Shown here one piece after another: positions 13,511-26,600 of a DNA stretch of 64,000 nucleotides (positions are counted from its first letter, which is position 1; every line of letters starts with the position of its first letter). The position numbers and the translations under genes are program-made. The notes under the pieces were generated by a model. The model had not been told where the DNA came from and did no database searches. It saw only the letters and a list, made by a program, of their open reading frames with translations. The stretch is taken from the NCBI GenBank assembly GCA_965235115.1, contig OZ249436.1:25980001-26044000 (forward strand), given 5' to 3'. This DNA is from Laetmonice hystrix. Taxonomy: Eukaryota.

Positions 13511-15078
13511 TTGACGCCAAGTTTGATGACGTAGCATGGCCATGACGTTATAATGACGTCATCAATATTTTCTCAGGCCTATAACTCCTCAACGTTGGGA
13601 GATAAAGCCTTGGTTACTATCGAACATGAATAGGAAGTCATACATGCTCTTTCAATTGACACCAACATTTATTAGGTAGCGTGACGTATGACGTTATAAT
13701 GACGTCATTGGTATCTTCTATGGCCTATAACTCGGAAACGGTGCAGCATAGGACCATAGTTACTATTGAACACGAATAGGAAGTCATATGTGCTCTTTCA
13801 ATTGAGACCAAGTTGTATGACGTCATAATGACGTCATCAATATTTTCTAAGGCCTATAACTGGTGGGAGATAAAGCCATGGTTACTACTGAACATGACTA
13901 GGAAGTTATAGATCCTCTTTTAAATGACATCAAGATTCCTGACGTAGCATGACGTATGTCATAATGACGTCATCAATATTTTCTAAGGTTTATGTCTCCT
14001 AAACGGTGGGAGATAAAGCCATGGTTACTTTTGAACATGAATAGAAAGTCGTACATGCTATTTCAAATGACACCAACATTTATTAGGTAGCGTGACATAT
14101 GACGTCATTATGACGTCATTGGTATCTTCTATGGCCTATAACTCATAAACGGCGCCATATAGGCCCATAGTTACTATTGAACACGAATAGGAAGTCATAT
14201 ATGCTCTTTCCATTGTGGCCAGTTTGATGACGTAGCGTGAAGTATGACGTCATAATGATGTCATCAATATGTTCTAAGGCCTCTAACTCGGAAATGGAGG
14301 GCGATAAAGCCATGGTTACTACTGAACATGAATAGAAGTCATAGATCCTCTTTTAAATGACATCACGATTCATGACGTAGCATGGCGTATAATGACATCA
14401 TCAATATATTCTAAGGCTTATGACTCCTAAACGGTGGGCGATAAAGCCATGGTTACTATTGAACTTGAATAGGAAGTCATACATGCTCTTTCAATTAACA
14501 CTAACATTTATTAGGTACCGTGACGTATGACGTTATAATGATGTCTTTGGTATCTTCTATGGCCTATAACTCGAGAACGGTGCAAGATATGACCATATTT
14601 ACTACTGAAGACGAATAGGAAGTCATATATATGCTCTTTCAATTGACACCAAGATTAATGATGTAGCATCACATATGACGTCATAATGACATCATCAATA
14701 TTTTCTAAGGAATATAACTCCTAAACGGTGGCAGATAAAGCCATGGTTACTATTGAACATGAATAGGAAGTCATATGCTCTTTGAATTGACACCAACATT
14801 TATTAGGTAGCGTGACGTATGACATCGTAATTACGCCATTGCCATCTTCTAAGGATTTTCAGAGGCCTGTAACTACCAAACGGTGCTAGATAGCCCCATA
14901 GTTACTATTGAACATGAATAGTAATAGTCATTGATCATAATGACGAAATTTGCATCTTCTAAGGCTTATCATCACGGGTGCAAGATAGCACCATACCTAG
15001 TTATCCCTACTCAGAACATGTTGGACGGGACACCCCGGGGATGGGATCCATTGTGTTATCGCCATAACGAATCTAGTT
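13511..15078 (+). repeat. 3' part of a HINE of the same family as the left array (opposite orientation), containing ~10 copies of a ~145-bp satellite monomer
   Basis: Monomer starts at about 13511, 13656, 13802, 13925, 14067, 14213, 14357, 14496, 14643 and 14787. The monomer is the reverse complement of repeats at ~2650-3300. Ends with CCCCGGGGATGGGAT, a hairpin and CTAGT. Confidence 0.8.
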
Positions 15079-15148
15079 ATCCCGTTCCTCCGACTGAGGA
15101 ACGGGATTCTGAAATTGTACGGTTTGGGTGTACACTATTATTATTGTC

Positions 15149-15193
<45 letters not shown>

Positions 15194-15836
15194 CTAGTAG
15201 TTGTAGTTAAGGTCTGGTGAATATCTCTCTCAGTTTTCAAGATATCTGGATGAAACTTTCAGGCTAGATACATCATGACATGGAGACCTCAACATATGAT
15301 GGAATATGTCATATGACGTCATGACGTCATGTTATGACGTATTATATTCGGCAACTTTGAGATCACGTGGTACACTTCCAGTCAGAGACAGACAAAACTT
15401 ATTCATGTCATCTCACTTAGGACTTGTTCCTTTTTCATTAACCACATACATTTGACCTTTGACCTTTGACCTTTCTGACATACAGGTCAAGCCATAGAAA
15501 ACAGTCAAAATCTATCTACTCTTTCATTTTTTGCAGAATCTTCTCCAAATTTAATTTATAGCTTCGTGATAGTGGGGCTGATCGATTGATGTCAGATGGC
15601 AGCTTTTTAAAAATATGACGTCATAACGCTGAGTCACGTGACTTTGAAATTTGTCTATTTTGCATGTAATGAGGAAGTTCGTGGAATTTCGTTGATATCT
15701 AATGATAATGGCATAATTCTCTTCCACTAGGCGTCCTTTATAAGCCTGCTATGACGTAACGATGGTATGACGTAACACACAGTTATCTACCACTATGGTG
15801 ATTCATTTACAGCAACACTCAACAAATTGAGTGTGT

Positions 15837-15908
15837 GCCCGGATGGCTCAGTGGTACAGTGTATGATCTTCATGCCAGAGGTCTGGGGTTCGAATCCCAC
15901 CTGTGACA
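15837..15908 (+). pseudogene. tRNA-derived Pol III cassette (tRNA-like pseudogene or SINE head)
   Basis: A box TGGCTCAGTGG and B box GGTTCGAATCC at tRNA spacing, followed by a T-run. Acceptor and anticodon stems are not canonical. Confidence 0.6.
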
Positions 15909-16089
15909 AAAGATTTTTTCATTTATTTATATATTTTCTATCTCCCGTAATCTTGATAAATAGCTCTCTTCCAATAGGGGACCTTTATAAGCCTTCTATG
16001 GCGTCTCCCTGGTATGATGTAATTAATCTTTGTTTACTTCTATGCCAATGGTCATTCATTTATTGCAGGACTGTACTAATTGTGTGCGT

Positions 16090-16161
16090 GCACGGATGGT
16101 GTAGTGGTAGAGTGTAGGACTTTCTTGCCAAGGGTCGTGGATTCGAATCCTACCCATGGCA
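16090..16161 (+). pseudogene. Second tRNA-derived Pol III cassette
   Basis: A box TGGTGTAGTGG and B box GATTCGAATCC, followed by T-runs; diverged paralogue of 15837-15908. Confidence 0.55.
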
Positions 16162-19057
16162 TGATTTTTATTTTTTTTTAAATATTTTCTACTTAGTTCT
16201 TAATTACTGTGGTCATGAATTTACAGAAACAGTCTACAAAATATGTGTGTGAACAGATGTGTGGGAATTTCATGACAAGGGTATTGCCCTCAAATCCCAC
16301 CTATGTCAACCCTATTTTTTTGGTATTCATTTTTATATTTTTTATTTTGAAGAAATTTTTGTGTACACAGGTGTCTAAGTCAGTAAGTGGTCTGTCGGTA
16401 CCCTATACTCATTACTGGTCAAAATGTATCTACTCCCTCATTTTTTGAAGAATCTTCTCCAGATTTGGAATATACCTTCTCCACAGTCTTTCTCTTGTAA
16501 CCCTTTGCTCATTATTGGTATGATTGACTTGCTTTCATGCTATACAGAACCTTTCTTGAGACATCCATAGAGGAACGGGATACCTGATTGCCTGCAATCT
16601 GCATGTCTAGTTAAATATTATTATCCCGTTTCCGCTAGAAAGCGGAAATGGGATTTTGTTATTGTGGGGATTCGTCATCCCTATTTTTATTATTATCCCG
16701 TTTCCCCGGAGGTCATATTTCAGTAAAGTTCTATGAAAGAAATCCAAATGAAATTTGGTGGGGACATTTGGCATGAGCCTTAAAGCAGCAGTCTCGTCCG
16801 TTAGACCATGCTCGAAACCACCTCGGCCTAGTGACCTATTTCACGTCCATCCTATGCTGTAGCATAGGAACTGACATCTATAAATAGCACATCGACCGTT
16901 AGGGTGGACCCCTTATCGCACAATGCTGAAGGACGAGACCGTCGCTTTAAGTCTAATAACCATAGCCATGACGTCACATGACGTAACGTCATGATGTTAT
17001 TTTTTTGTGTTCTGGCTATTAGGACGGTTTTCAAGCTGACTTGAAGTCAAGTTCATTAACTAGCTTGAGACTTTGCTTGTGAACCGCAATCCCGCGTAAT
17101 TGACTTGAAACTTGAGTTCAAGCTCATTTTATTTGACTTGACTTTCCTTGTGAACCGGGCCCTGATGATACGGTCAGAATTGGTCAAGGACCTAATTCAT
17201 ATATTGGAAATATTTTGACCTTTGACATGTCTGAAAGCTGGGTCAAAGGTCAGAAAATGCTTAAATCCCTACTCCTTCCTCAATTTTCAGTAAAATTTGT
17301 TGAAATTGTACAGGAGCTTCAAAGAGGAACGCCTTGCCGGAATTGATTTGACCATTGACTTGCACGACATCAGTGCTTGCCGTTTGACAGGAGCGATCAC
17401 TCCCGCGCCCGTCCGCTCCCGTAAAATCAGATTTACGAGCGCTATCCATGGCTCCCGCCGGCCAAAAGAAGGTTAACTACAGACAAGCACGATTCCTTCC
17501 AGCAGACGACTTTTAAGTTTCAGTTTTGCATCAAAAATGCATAGATAAAGTATAATGCAGCGCTGCCAGTTGCCAGGCCTCCACCTGTACTAGTTTTGTT
17601 GAGCTCATACCATTTCAGATTGAAGTGACTGTTTCCATTTTCCAGGAGAGCTAATATTAATATTACGATATTGCTAGACGATGAAACAAGTGATTTAGCT
17701 TGTGTAGTAGGCCTAACTCCACACCTTGAATAGGCGGGCTACTGCCCCTCATCTCATCCCCATTAGGGCTAGACCCCTAATTACAATTAATAAATACCTG
17801 CATCAAAGTGTATGATGATAACAGTAGTCCAGTTCAAATGTATTATCTTGCAAGATGTTATTATTTTAAAATAATTATCATCATGTCATGGCTGAGTTTG
17901 ATCCCGCTGGTCATATGGACATAGCATAGCCAGGCATAGCAGAGTCAGATTCCGCAGTGATAGCAGCAGACACGTGACGTTTGTACAGAAACTGGACATC
18001 TGCTATGGTTCTAATCTAACTTATAAAGCAGCTTTACCATCATCTTAGGTAGAGGGACAGAAAGATTTAACCCAATCGCACAGTTCCCTATAGATTGAGA
18101 AAACATCACGTTTTCAGGCGACTTTTTGTGATAAGTTTTGACAGCTGTGACCCAGATGATAAACATCTTGGCAGTGACGTTGTTATTTTCTGACAGTTCT
18201 GTGACAAGTGACAAATGCGCCTATGACGTTTTGACCCAGAAACATACAAAAACAGCAAATTTCGATCTCGCACTCTGCTGGTGCTGCCCCTAAAGATGAT
18301 TGCAGTACCAATCTATCGGGAATTTAGTTTTGAAACCTGTGTTAATACGTGTCAAGTGGAATACCATGACTGCAGTGACGCATTTAGGGTAGGCTATAGA
18401 TCTACTGAGGCAGCGTCGAGGGGAATGAAGAATTTCGGCAAGTTTCTCCCTTCACACGCTGCAGCTTTGCTAACTCTTATAGAATGTCTAGATTTACAGA
18501 ATAGACATGCGACAGATGGTAAATTACGTAAGTCTAACGTGTTACGGTTTACAATGGTGTTTGTTTAAATATTAAGTCGCTGGAATATTCACACGGGCAC
18601 AAAAAAAAAGTCAGGGCAACATGTTTTGGTTCCCCATTTGGGGGGACACGGTGAGAAGGCTTGGACTTGCCACTTGAAGATGGAGGGATATTGCAATCTT
18701 GGATGTGGGAGCAGTCTTCATCCGCTGACAGATTTTCCAACTAGTTTTGGAGATTGATCAACTATTTTTCGACTCTAGACCAAGGCCAACATTTTTGCCG
18801 TCCACCGACCCCCAAAACACGCTGGAGAAGCCTGTCAGCACACAGTTATTCTGCCATTTAGCTGAATCTTAAATTCTCTAAATTTTCTAAGTGTCCTCCT
18901 TCCCAGTCTTAGAAAATTTGGTAAATCTTAAGACTCAGTCTTAAGATTTGAGTGTCATTTGGAAACTAAAAACCGGACTAGTCTTAATCTTATCCCAATC
19001 TTAAGATCTCAGTCTTAAGATCGTTCGGTAAAATGACGAACTAAAAACCGGGGCCAG

Positions 19058-19718
19058 GGGCCAGTTTTTAAATCACAGTCTTAGGCCTAAGCCAGCATAA
19101 GACTGAGCCTAGTCTTACGTTTCTGTTTTTAAATCAGCTGACAGAGGCTTAGACTTTAAGCCTAGACTCAGCTTTGTAAGACAAGTGCCGAGCTGGCTTA
19201 GCACGCTTCAAATGTCTTTTTCCGGATATTTAGACAAAATTGTTTCTTCCCATCATTATTCATCGAGTTATTCTATATAAAAATCTGATGAGATCAACTT
19301 TTACACAAAATAGATCCATTTTAGTCGAAATATGCAACTTGACTACGCACTCGTTTCGCTGCGTCATCATTGTTGTTGTGGTTGGCTTGGGCGGAAGTGC
19401 AACCTTTGACCTAAGACATGACCTCTGACCCACCTATGACCGATGACCCAGCAATTTTGACGTACTCCTTTTTGTTACGTAAATCTTCCATGGACTTTTT
19501 TACATGTTGCCATCACTGGGGCAAAATAATAGCTTTCAAAGTGCATTCTACATTTTAACGTGGCATTTCCATCATAGTGGGATCCGTGTTTTGTCGCCAC
19601 CAGGCTTAGACTTACCTAAGACAGGCAAGCATGCTGATTTAAAAACAGGAATTCAGGCTTAGACTTGGGTAAGTCTAGTCTTAGTCTTACCGAACCCATT
19701 TGATTTAAAAACTGGCCC
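19058..19718. mobile_element. PIF/Harbinger-type MITE (661 bp), uninterrupted copy
   Basis: TIRs GGGCCAGTTTTTAAATCA / TGATTTAAAAACTGGCCC, CAG TSD (19055-19057, 19719-19721), multiple subterminal TAAGNC motifs. A second, interrupted copy spans 30183-48827. Confidence 0.9.
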
Positions 19719-19755
19719 CAGGACTCATGACATGTTCGCCACGTCCAAGTGGAAC

Positions 19756-22355
19756 CAGGCCTGTAAAAATCGCGTGTCCGCGTGTCCCAGACGCCCATGT
19801 CAGCCGTGCGGACAACCAAAAATAAATATCTGGGTGTACACGCGGACAACCACCTTTTAAATCCCGAAAACGACGCTTATTTTATCGTTTAATGGCAGTT
19901 AAATAAAGACAAATCGAACAAAATTCGTCAGGTACTCGTGTATCGGCGCCATCTTGTCGGCATGTTATGTTGTTTCGACGGGTCCCCTAGCCGTTGAAAT
20001 GGCTATGGCTCTTTATAATGAAGCATGGTACAAGCAGGGGACACGTCCAGTCAACTCATAATATGCACCGGCGTGTTGTAAACGGAACGGCACTCTGTAT
20101 ACCTATTGGATTGGCGCCATTCCAGCAAAAGGTTGACAGTGAATTACTATTTTCCGATTGTGTTAAAAAGCAGACGATCATAGGTAATTCACCGTCGCTC
20201 ATTTGGCGAAGTCGCGCCAATGAACCACACCAATGAGTAGGCCTACACTGGAGCAGGACTGTCTCAATTAGCTGATGCAGATTAAGATTAATGGACCCTC
20301 CCTTGCATAGTTCAATTCAGATGAGGCCATTCTGTCCTGGCTTGATGACTGCAAGGGTTCCAGACACATAAAAGGACATTCAAAAAAATACAATTAGTGA
20401 AAATGCACCCAGTCATGTTTTGTATTATACATGTATAAAACTTTATGTGACCCATATAGATCTACATTTGTATAGATTTACCTCATTCAGCTGATGTAAT
20501 GAGATTATTGTATATATATTGTAAGTTTTCTGTATCTGTATTATGGTCATAATGCTTCATACATACATTTAGCCTCTAACATAGGCCGTGTGTATACACG
20601 GCCTATCCTCTAGCGAACGGGCTACGAGACCAAACGTTCAACCCGCAAAATGAATGTGCGCCCCATCACTTCAAATAAAAGATTGCCTTTACCTTCAGCT
20701 ACTGAGCCCAATGAACTTACTTGGTGTTCCTCTAAGCAACAGATTCGGTCAATTTTCCAAACCAAGTGACCACTTTCCATAGTCTTACAACCGGCGCCAT
20801 TTCTGTAAACCCACATCCGGGGTCAAGCTCACGAAGGGAGCAGTCATTTCAGACGTTGGCTATTAGTTTGGCGCCATAATGGAGGAATTGCTGTTTGGTC
20901 TAGAATAATAAATGCTCCCCTGCTGGTCGCCAGTGTGCACGTTTTGAACATGCGCAGTAGGACAAACAGTATGGCGGCTAACGGCAGTGAACCAGCGCGA
21001 TTCGGAATTTCAAAAGTCTGATTTATTAAAACTTTGGGCAAAAATCCTCGGAAAAGTGTGCAGCAGAGGAACAGAAGATGGGCTGCATTAGAATTGACAC
21101 CTCAACTGGCAGTAGTTACGATGGATTTTGCACAGCGAGTGATTGACATAGGAGGTAGGGTTTTTCGCGTTAACGCTGTCCGTCCCTACACTGGGACGAC
21201 ACTCCGTCTAACATACATTGTGCAGTCATAGGCACTACAAAATAGGAGATTTCATGTTTACAAACATGGGGGTGATTCGTGCATGCGCATGACTGGCGCC
21301 ATGACTCTGGCTGGCAGAAAGTACACACCAGCAGCTGTGTTTACTACCACTGACCACAGAGTCCGTCGGAAACTATGCTGCAATCATGGATAATAACTGG
21401 TCCGTGTACGTTCTAAACCTAGATAGGCTACAGACACTAAAGAGCGATGTAAAGCCAAACTTCAGTATGATGGCAGTTTGATTTTTAACTGACCCGTATT
21501 TCGTCAAAGAAGGGTGGACTCGGGCCAGTCGGGCCCAGTCAGCCCGCGAGCCGTCACAGCTTCTTGACCGCCCGGCCCCCAGTGTTAGTTGACCCGGTTG
21601 CACTCTACCGACGAGCCGTACTGAGAGCGCTGGTTGGCATGCTCTCTTTCACTTTCAGTTTATATGTAGTTTCTCATGTTTTTTTTAAATGAATCCCTAA
21701 CATTTTGTTGCATGGGACTGGAGAAACTTTTTTGACGAATGGACAGATGGAGGTAAAATACCCACCCCCCCCCCCCCCCCCCCACCCCCCGTCATCTAAA
21801 TTTGGGTAAAAAAGGGGAAGGTAACCACCAGAACACAAGCACGCGTGTCAGTGTACCCAGCTCCCGGCGTTCACGCAGCCACCCCCGGCACCGTGCATGC
21901 TTACACCCGTGGCCTGGGGCCCGTAGCATAAAAAAATCCCCGCCTGCTCCGGAAACCACCCAGACCTGATCTGTCCAACTTTCCTTGACCTCGCTAATAG
22001 TGCTTAGTATGTATACTGTGCAGGATACAACCATATTTGGTTGTTCTTTGAAAAACGTGCATAAACAGACAAAATATTAAATACGGAGAAGAATCTGTAT
22101 TGTTTACAGTGCATCACTGGCTCCATTGTTGACTTTCTGCCAGCCAGAGCGCTGTAGGTGGTTACGTAACTACCCCCGCTATCGGAAGTGACATAGTGCC
22201 TGAAACCTCCTATAGAGTAAACATTTAATAATATCCCTAGGAAGCCAACATTCTTTTTTGTGTGAGGACAACCAAATATTATGTGGGGACAACCATATTT
22301 TGAAAAGTGGTTGTCCTCAGGACAACCACTTTTTTATGCGATTCTTACAGGCCTG
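19756..22355. mobile_element. Non-autonomous TIR element with CAG..CTG ends and 5-bp TSD (hAT-like)
   Basis: TIRs CAGGCCTGTAAAAATCGCGT / ATGCGATTCTTACAGGCCTG; GGAAC duplicated at 19751-19755 and 22356-22360; subterminal GGACA/TGTCC repeats. Confidence 0.8.
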
Positions 22356-22388
22356 GGAACGAGGGGACGGTCGCTTGTGTGGTGTCTG

Positions 22389-22778
22389 GACGTTTCGAGC
22401 GCGAACCAGTTCGAGCGCCGACCACTTCGAGCGCCGACACCGACCACTTCGAGCGCGACTATTTCACAACTCGGCCTGTATTTCACAACTTCCGTTCTTA
22501 GAAGTCGGCAAGAATTGTATCCCTATCTTTCGTATGATAATACTAGGCTATTATTCATATTGCGACATTGACAGGGCCTCTATAAGCACGCTCGAACATG
22601 ACCGCGCTCAACTGTCTCGATGGAAATCTACCCCCGATCGAAATCGGCCGCGGACGACAGGGCGTAGCATGCGGGCGGCTCCACCGGCGGAGCCCCGCTC
22701 AACTCGTTGCCGCTCGAACTCAATCGCGCTCGAACTGGCAATGAAGCGGCGCTCGAACTGGTCCGCGCTCGAAACGTC
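22389..22778. mobile_element. MITE with TTCGAGCGC subterminal repeats
   Basis: TIRs GACGTTTCGAGCGCG..CGCGCTCGAAACGTC with repeated TTCGAGCGC units at both ends; flanked by CTG on both sides. Confidence 0.75.
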
Positions 22779-23615
22779 CTGGGACCGCTTGTGTTTGTGC
22801 TTGTGCCCAGCGAAGTGTGACGAAAGTGTGACTGATTTTGATAGTGATACTGATACTGATAGGCTAGGAACCATAGCCATAGCCTAGGCTAGCCTATCTT
22901 CGACTTCGGCAAACTTTAAAAACCAACTCACCTCGGGAATGCTCACAGTCAGCTTTTCATTTTCAGTTGCACCAAAAAACTCAAAACGCTTGGCACAAGT
23001 TTCCAGCTTAATATTTGTCCTCTTGCGAGGCATCTTCAGCAAAGATTGGTAACCCCGCCTAGACCTAGTCATCCTAGTGCCGGTAGTGGCACCAGTATCT
23101 GTCAGCGGCCAATTCACGAGGAGGGCAGTAAATGTTCACGAGCAGGACAGTGAATGTTCATCAGGAGGGCAGTTTTTAAAAATGCCCTAACAATTCATAT
23201 GTTTTTATACATCTCTTTCGTTTGTATTTCCTTTGTCATTCTTTATATATTATCAATGCGGAATAGCTTAATTATTCGTCATTTGCGCAATATTTCTACG
23301 TTTTTCGCAACCGCTGGGAACTGCGTGAAGCCGGGGATTCCCCAATCTCTCCCAGGGTTCACCGCGCCGGGGACGATGGCGCGGATTTCATTTCGTAAGC
23401 CGGAAGTAGATATGATAATGCATTCTCGTGTCGTGACGCGAGACCTAAGCCTTTCAAAACTTAAAACAACAACTCCCATGATGCCTCGGTGGTGCGTCCT
23501 TCTCGTTTTGGCTTTCGCCGAGCAAAGACGGAGTGTTTCAGTGAAGTGTATTTGGAGGAAGTTTTTGGTACCAGTGGTGAGTTTTTGTGTTTGACTTTCA
23601 ATCAGTGTTGCCATT

Positions 23616-26600
23616 ATGGCGTTGCGGGCATCTGGTGATGCTAACGAGGCCGTGCGTGGCCTAGACGAGGGAAGATTTCCCACTAACGGAGCCGGCAGGC
23701 TCGGTGACCTTGTGAGCGATGATGTGGAGGTCGAGCCGGTTAGCGTGCGGCCGACGTTGGGGTCACAGGCGCAGTTAGCTTTGTTGAGTGACAACAAGCG
23801 ACGGATTGAGTGGGATGATGATGAACCGGAGGCTTCGGAAGCTAGGTTCAAGTCGCCCAGACGTGGGGACAGCCGTTCGTCGTCTAGTTTAGGCGAGGTT
23901 GGTGTCACTGACGTCGGTGACACTGACAGTGAGTATGTCATGTTTGACCCATTCGAGAGCGCTAACAGGGGGGTGGTCTTGACAGAAGGTCAAACCACTT
24001 TTGTTGAAAAGAATTTTACCACCTACATCCCTAACGATGTTGTCATGGACAAAATCTTGGCAGATTGCCCGAAACCAACGGCAAAGATTTTGGAGCCGCC
24101 TAAGCTGGATGCAGCTATTGTTTCATTGCTTAATGCTGATTGTGTCAGGCCAGCTAGGTTTAATGACAAGGCCTATGCGCGACTTCAAACGAAGACGGCG
24201 GATATTCTCGGCCCTTTGGGAGCTCTATGGAGCAAGTTGGATGATGTCAGACGTGGTGGTGAGGAGGAGATTGATGTCTCTGATCTCCTTAGGTTTGCAG
24301 AGAAGTCTGTCATGCTGGTGGGTCAGGTGTATGTTTATGCCACCCACCAACGCAGACATGGGATCTTGTCACGCTGGTTAAAGGATCCCGCAACAGTGAC
24401 GGAGGTGTTAAAGGATGGCGAAGACGAGTTGTCGGCTGGTCTGCAGCAGGGATGTCTTTTTGGGGAAGATTTCCGGAAGTTTCTCCTGCATAAGGCCAAA
24501 GGAAGTAAGGAAAATAAGGAGATCAAGCAAGAACTGGGCAAGCCAGATTTCAAGCCCAGACCACAACAGCCCTTTCGTCAGAACGCCCCCCGGGGCAACA
24601 GAGGAGCGTCAAGGGGTTTTGTTGCCCGTGTGCGAGGGAGAGGTTCGGCTCACGGCTCAAGAGGTGGACGTGGAGCCACGCAGGCTAGGGGCTACGGCCA
24701 GCCTGGAGGCGGTAAGACCAGGTGGGTCCAAGCTTTCTTTTCCGCTAGAGGTAAATGCAGAGTTAAGTCCAGGAGAAGCAGAGGGCAGAGTCCTGGACTG
24801 GTGGGAGAGAAAATTGGAGGGGAGGGACCCTTCAGGATGGGTGGTTTTCCCCCCCTCAGAGAGGTTACACACCGAAGTGTGGAGTCTGGGGCTCAGAATG
24901 AGCAAGGAAGGGAAGGTGTCAGTAGGGCAGCGGATTGCCCGGTTCCAGGACAACTGGAAGAGGATCACGTCAGACCCACAAGTGTTGGGTTTGGTTTCCG
25001 GACTGAAGGTGGATTTTCTGGATGTTCCGGTCCAATGGACAGCTCCCCGTTGGCCAAGGTTCTCGGAGATAGAACAGCAGAGGTTACAGGAGGAGATCGG
25101 AAAGATGATTGTAAAGGAGGCAATCAAGCCAGTGGCATCAGAAAAGGGGCAGTTTTTGAGTCACCTTTTTCTCAGGCCAAAAAAGGATGGAAGTTTCAGG
25201 CCTGTCTTCAATCTGAAGAGGTTAAATGCATTCGTGAAATACGAACATTTCAAGATGGAGGGGATGTCCATGCTGGCAGACTTGCTGAGAAAGGACGACT
25301 GGATGATCAAGATAGATCTGAAAGATGCATACTATTGCGTACCGTTAGCAGGAGTGCACAAGAAATTTTTCCGGTTCGAGTGGGGAAAGACGCTGTACGA
25401 GTATCAGGTTCTGCCCTTCGGGCTGGCATCGGCTCCGAGAGCATTTACGAAACTCTTGAAACCGGTTATAGGAATGCTGAGGCGGATGGGCCTCAGGCTG
25501 ATAATCTTTTTGGACGACATGTTCCTGTGCAATCAGGAGGTCTCAGCACTCAGACGAGACAGAGACACGGTGATCTGGGTGTTACAAGCCTTGGGGTTTG
25601 TCATCAATTGGGAGAAGTCCCAGTTAAGGCCAACGAAGGCTATGGAGTTTCTGGGACTGCTGGTCGACTCGGGAAAGATGTCATTGATACTCCCATTGGA
25701 GAAGATAGAGGAGATCAGGAGGCACTGCAGCCAACTGCTGATCGACAGAGTGGTAACGGTGAGAGAGATTTCCCAGTTGGTGGGAAAAATGACCAGTACG
25801 ATGAAGGCCGTACTCCCAGCGCCATTACATTACAGATACCTTCAGATGGAGAAGACGAAGGCACTCCTCAGAGGGGGACAGAGCTACGAGACTCAAGTCT
25901 CACTTTCGAAGGAAGCTCGGGAGGAGTTGGCCTGGTGGGTGGAGTCTCTGAGCTCAGTGAATGGCAGGCGATTAATTGTCCCGAGCCCAGATCTAGTGGT
26001 GACGACCGATGCGTCGCAGAAAGGATGGGGAGCGGTGTGTCGGGGAGAAACCACGCAAGGAATTTGGAGCAAGGAGGAAGCTGGCAGACACATAAACCTC
26101 CTGGAGTTACGAGCAGCGAAATTTGCAATCATGTCCTTTGCAAAGGATCAGAGGGACATTCACATTCATGTGAAGTCCGACAACAGTACGACAGTGGCCC
26201 AGATAAACAAGATGGGGGGCACGAGGTCTGTCGACTTGTTAGAGGAGACAAAACAGCTGTGGTCCTTTTGCCTCAGGAAGGGGATCACAGTTACTGCCGA
26301 ACATCTGCCAGGAAAGCAGAATGTATTGGCAGACCAGTGCTCGAGAGTGTTTTTGGATTCCAGCAATTGGAAATTGGCAACGGAAGTGTTTCAAGAGTTG
26401 AACCGCAGATGGGGCCCATTTCAGGTGGACATGTTCGCCGACAGGCTGAACAGGCAGACAGAGATGTTTTACAGTTGGAGACCAGACCCACTGGCGGTAG
26501 CGACCGATGCATTTATGATGCCATGGAACAACCTGAGGGGTTACATGTTTCCCCCATTTTGCCTGATCGGCAGATGCCTTGCGAAGATAAGGAAGGAGGA

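Larger units (their letters stand above)
15079..16611 (+). mobile_element. Complete non-autonomous Helentron-type element (HINE/DINE-1-like)
   Basis: 5' ATCCCGTTCCTC..GAGGAACGGGAT hairpin, (TAG)n microsatellite at ~15150-15200, 3' subterminal repeat GAGGAACGGGAT (~16570), stem-loop GATTGC-CT-GCAATC and terminal CTAGT. Further related 5' ends follow at ~16621 and ~16693. Confidence 0.8.

Noticed and set aside
15837..16161. Functional tRNA genes
   Set aside because: Acceptor and anticodon stems do not pair canonically; annotated as tRNA-derived cassettes instead.
17026..19055. Possible gene or element in 17-19 kb
   Set aside because: Only fragments of Harbinger-like MITE ends (~17030-17162, ~18900-19055) and short ORFs without motifs; no boundaries or product could be supported.
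22258..22887. 209-aa ORF and overlapping ORFs
   Set aside because: They cross the boundaries of two unrelated non-autonomous elements and derive from GC-rich repeats.
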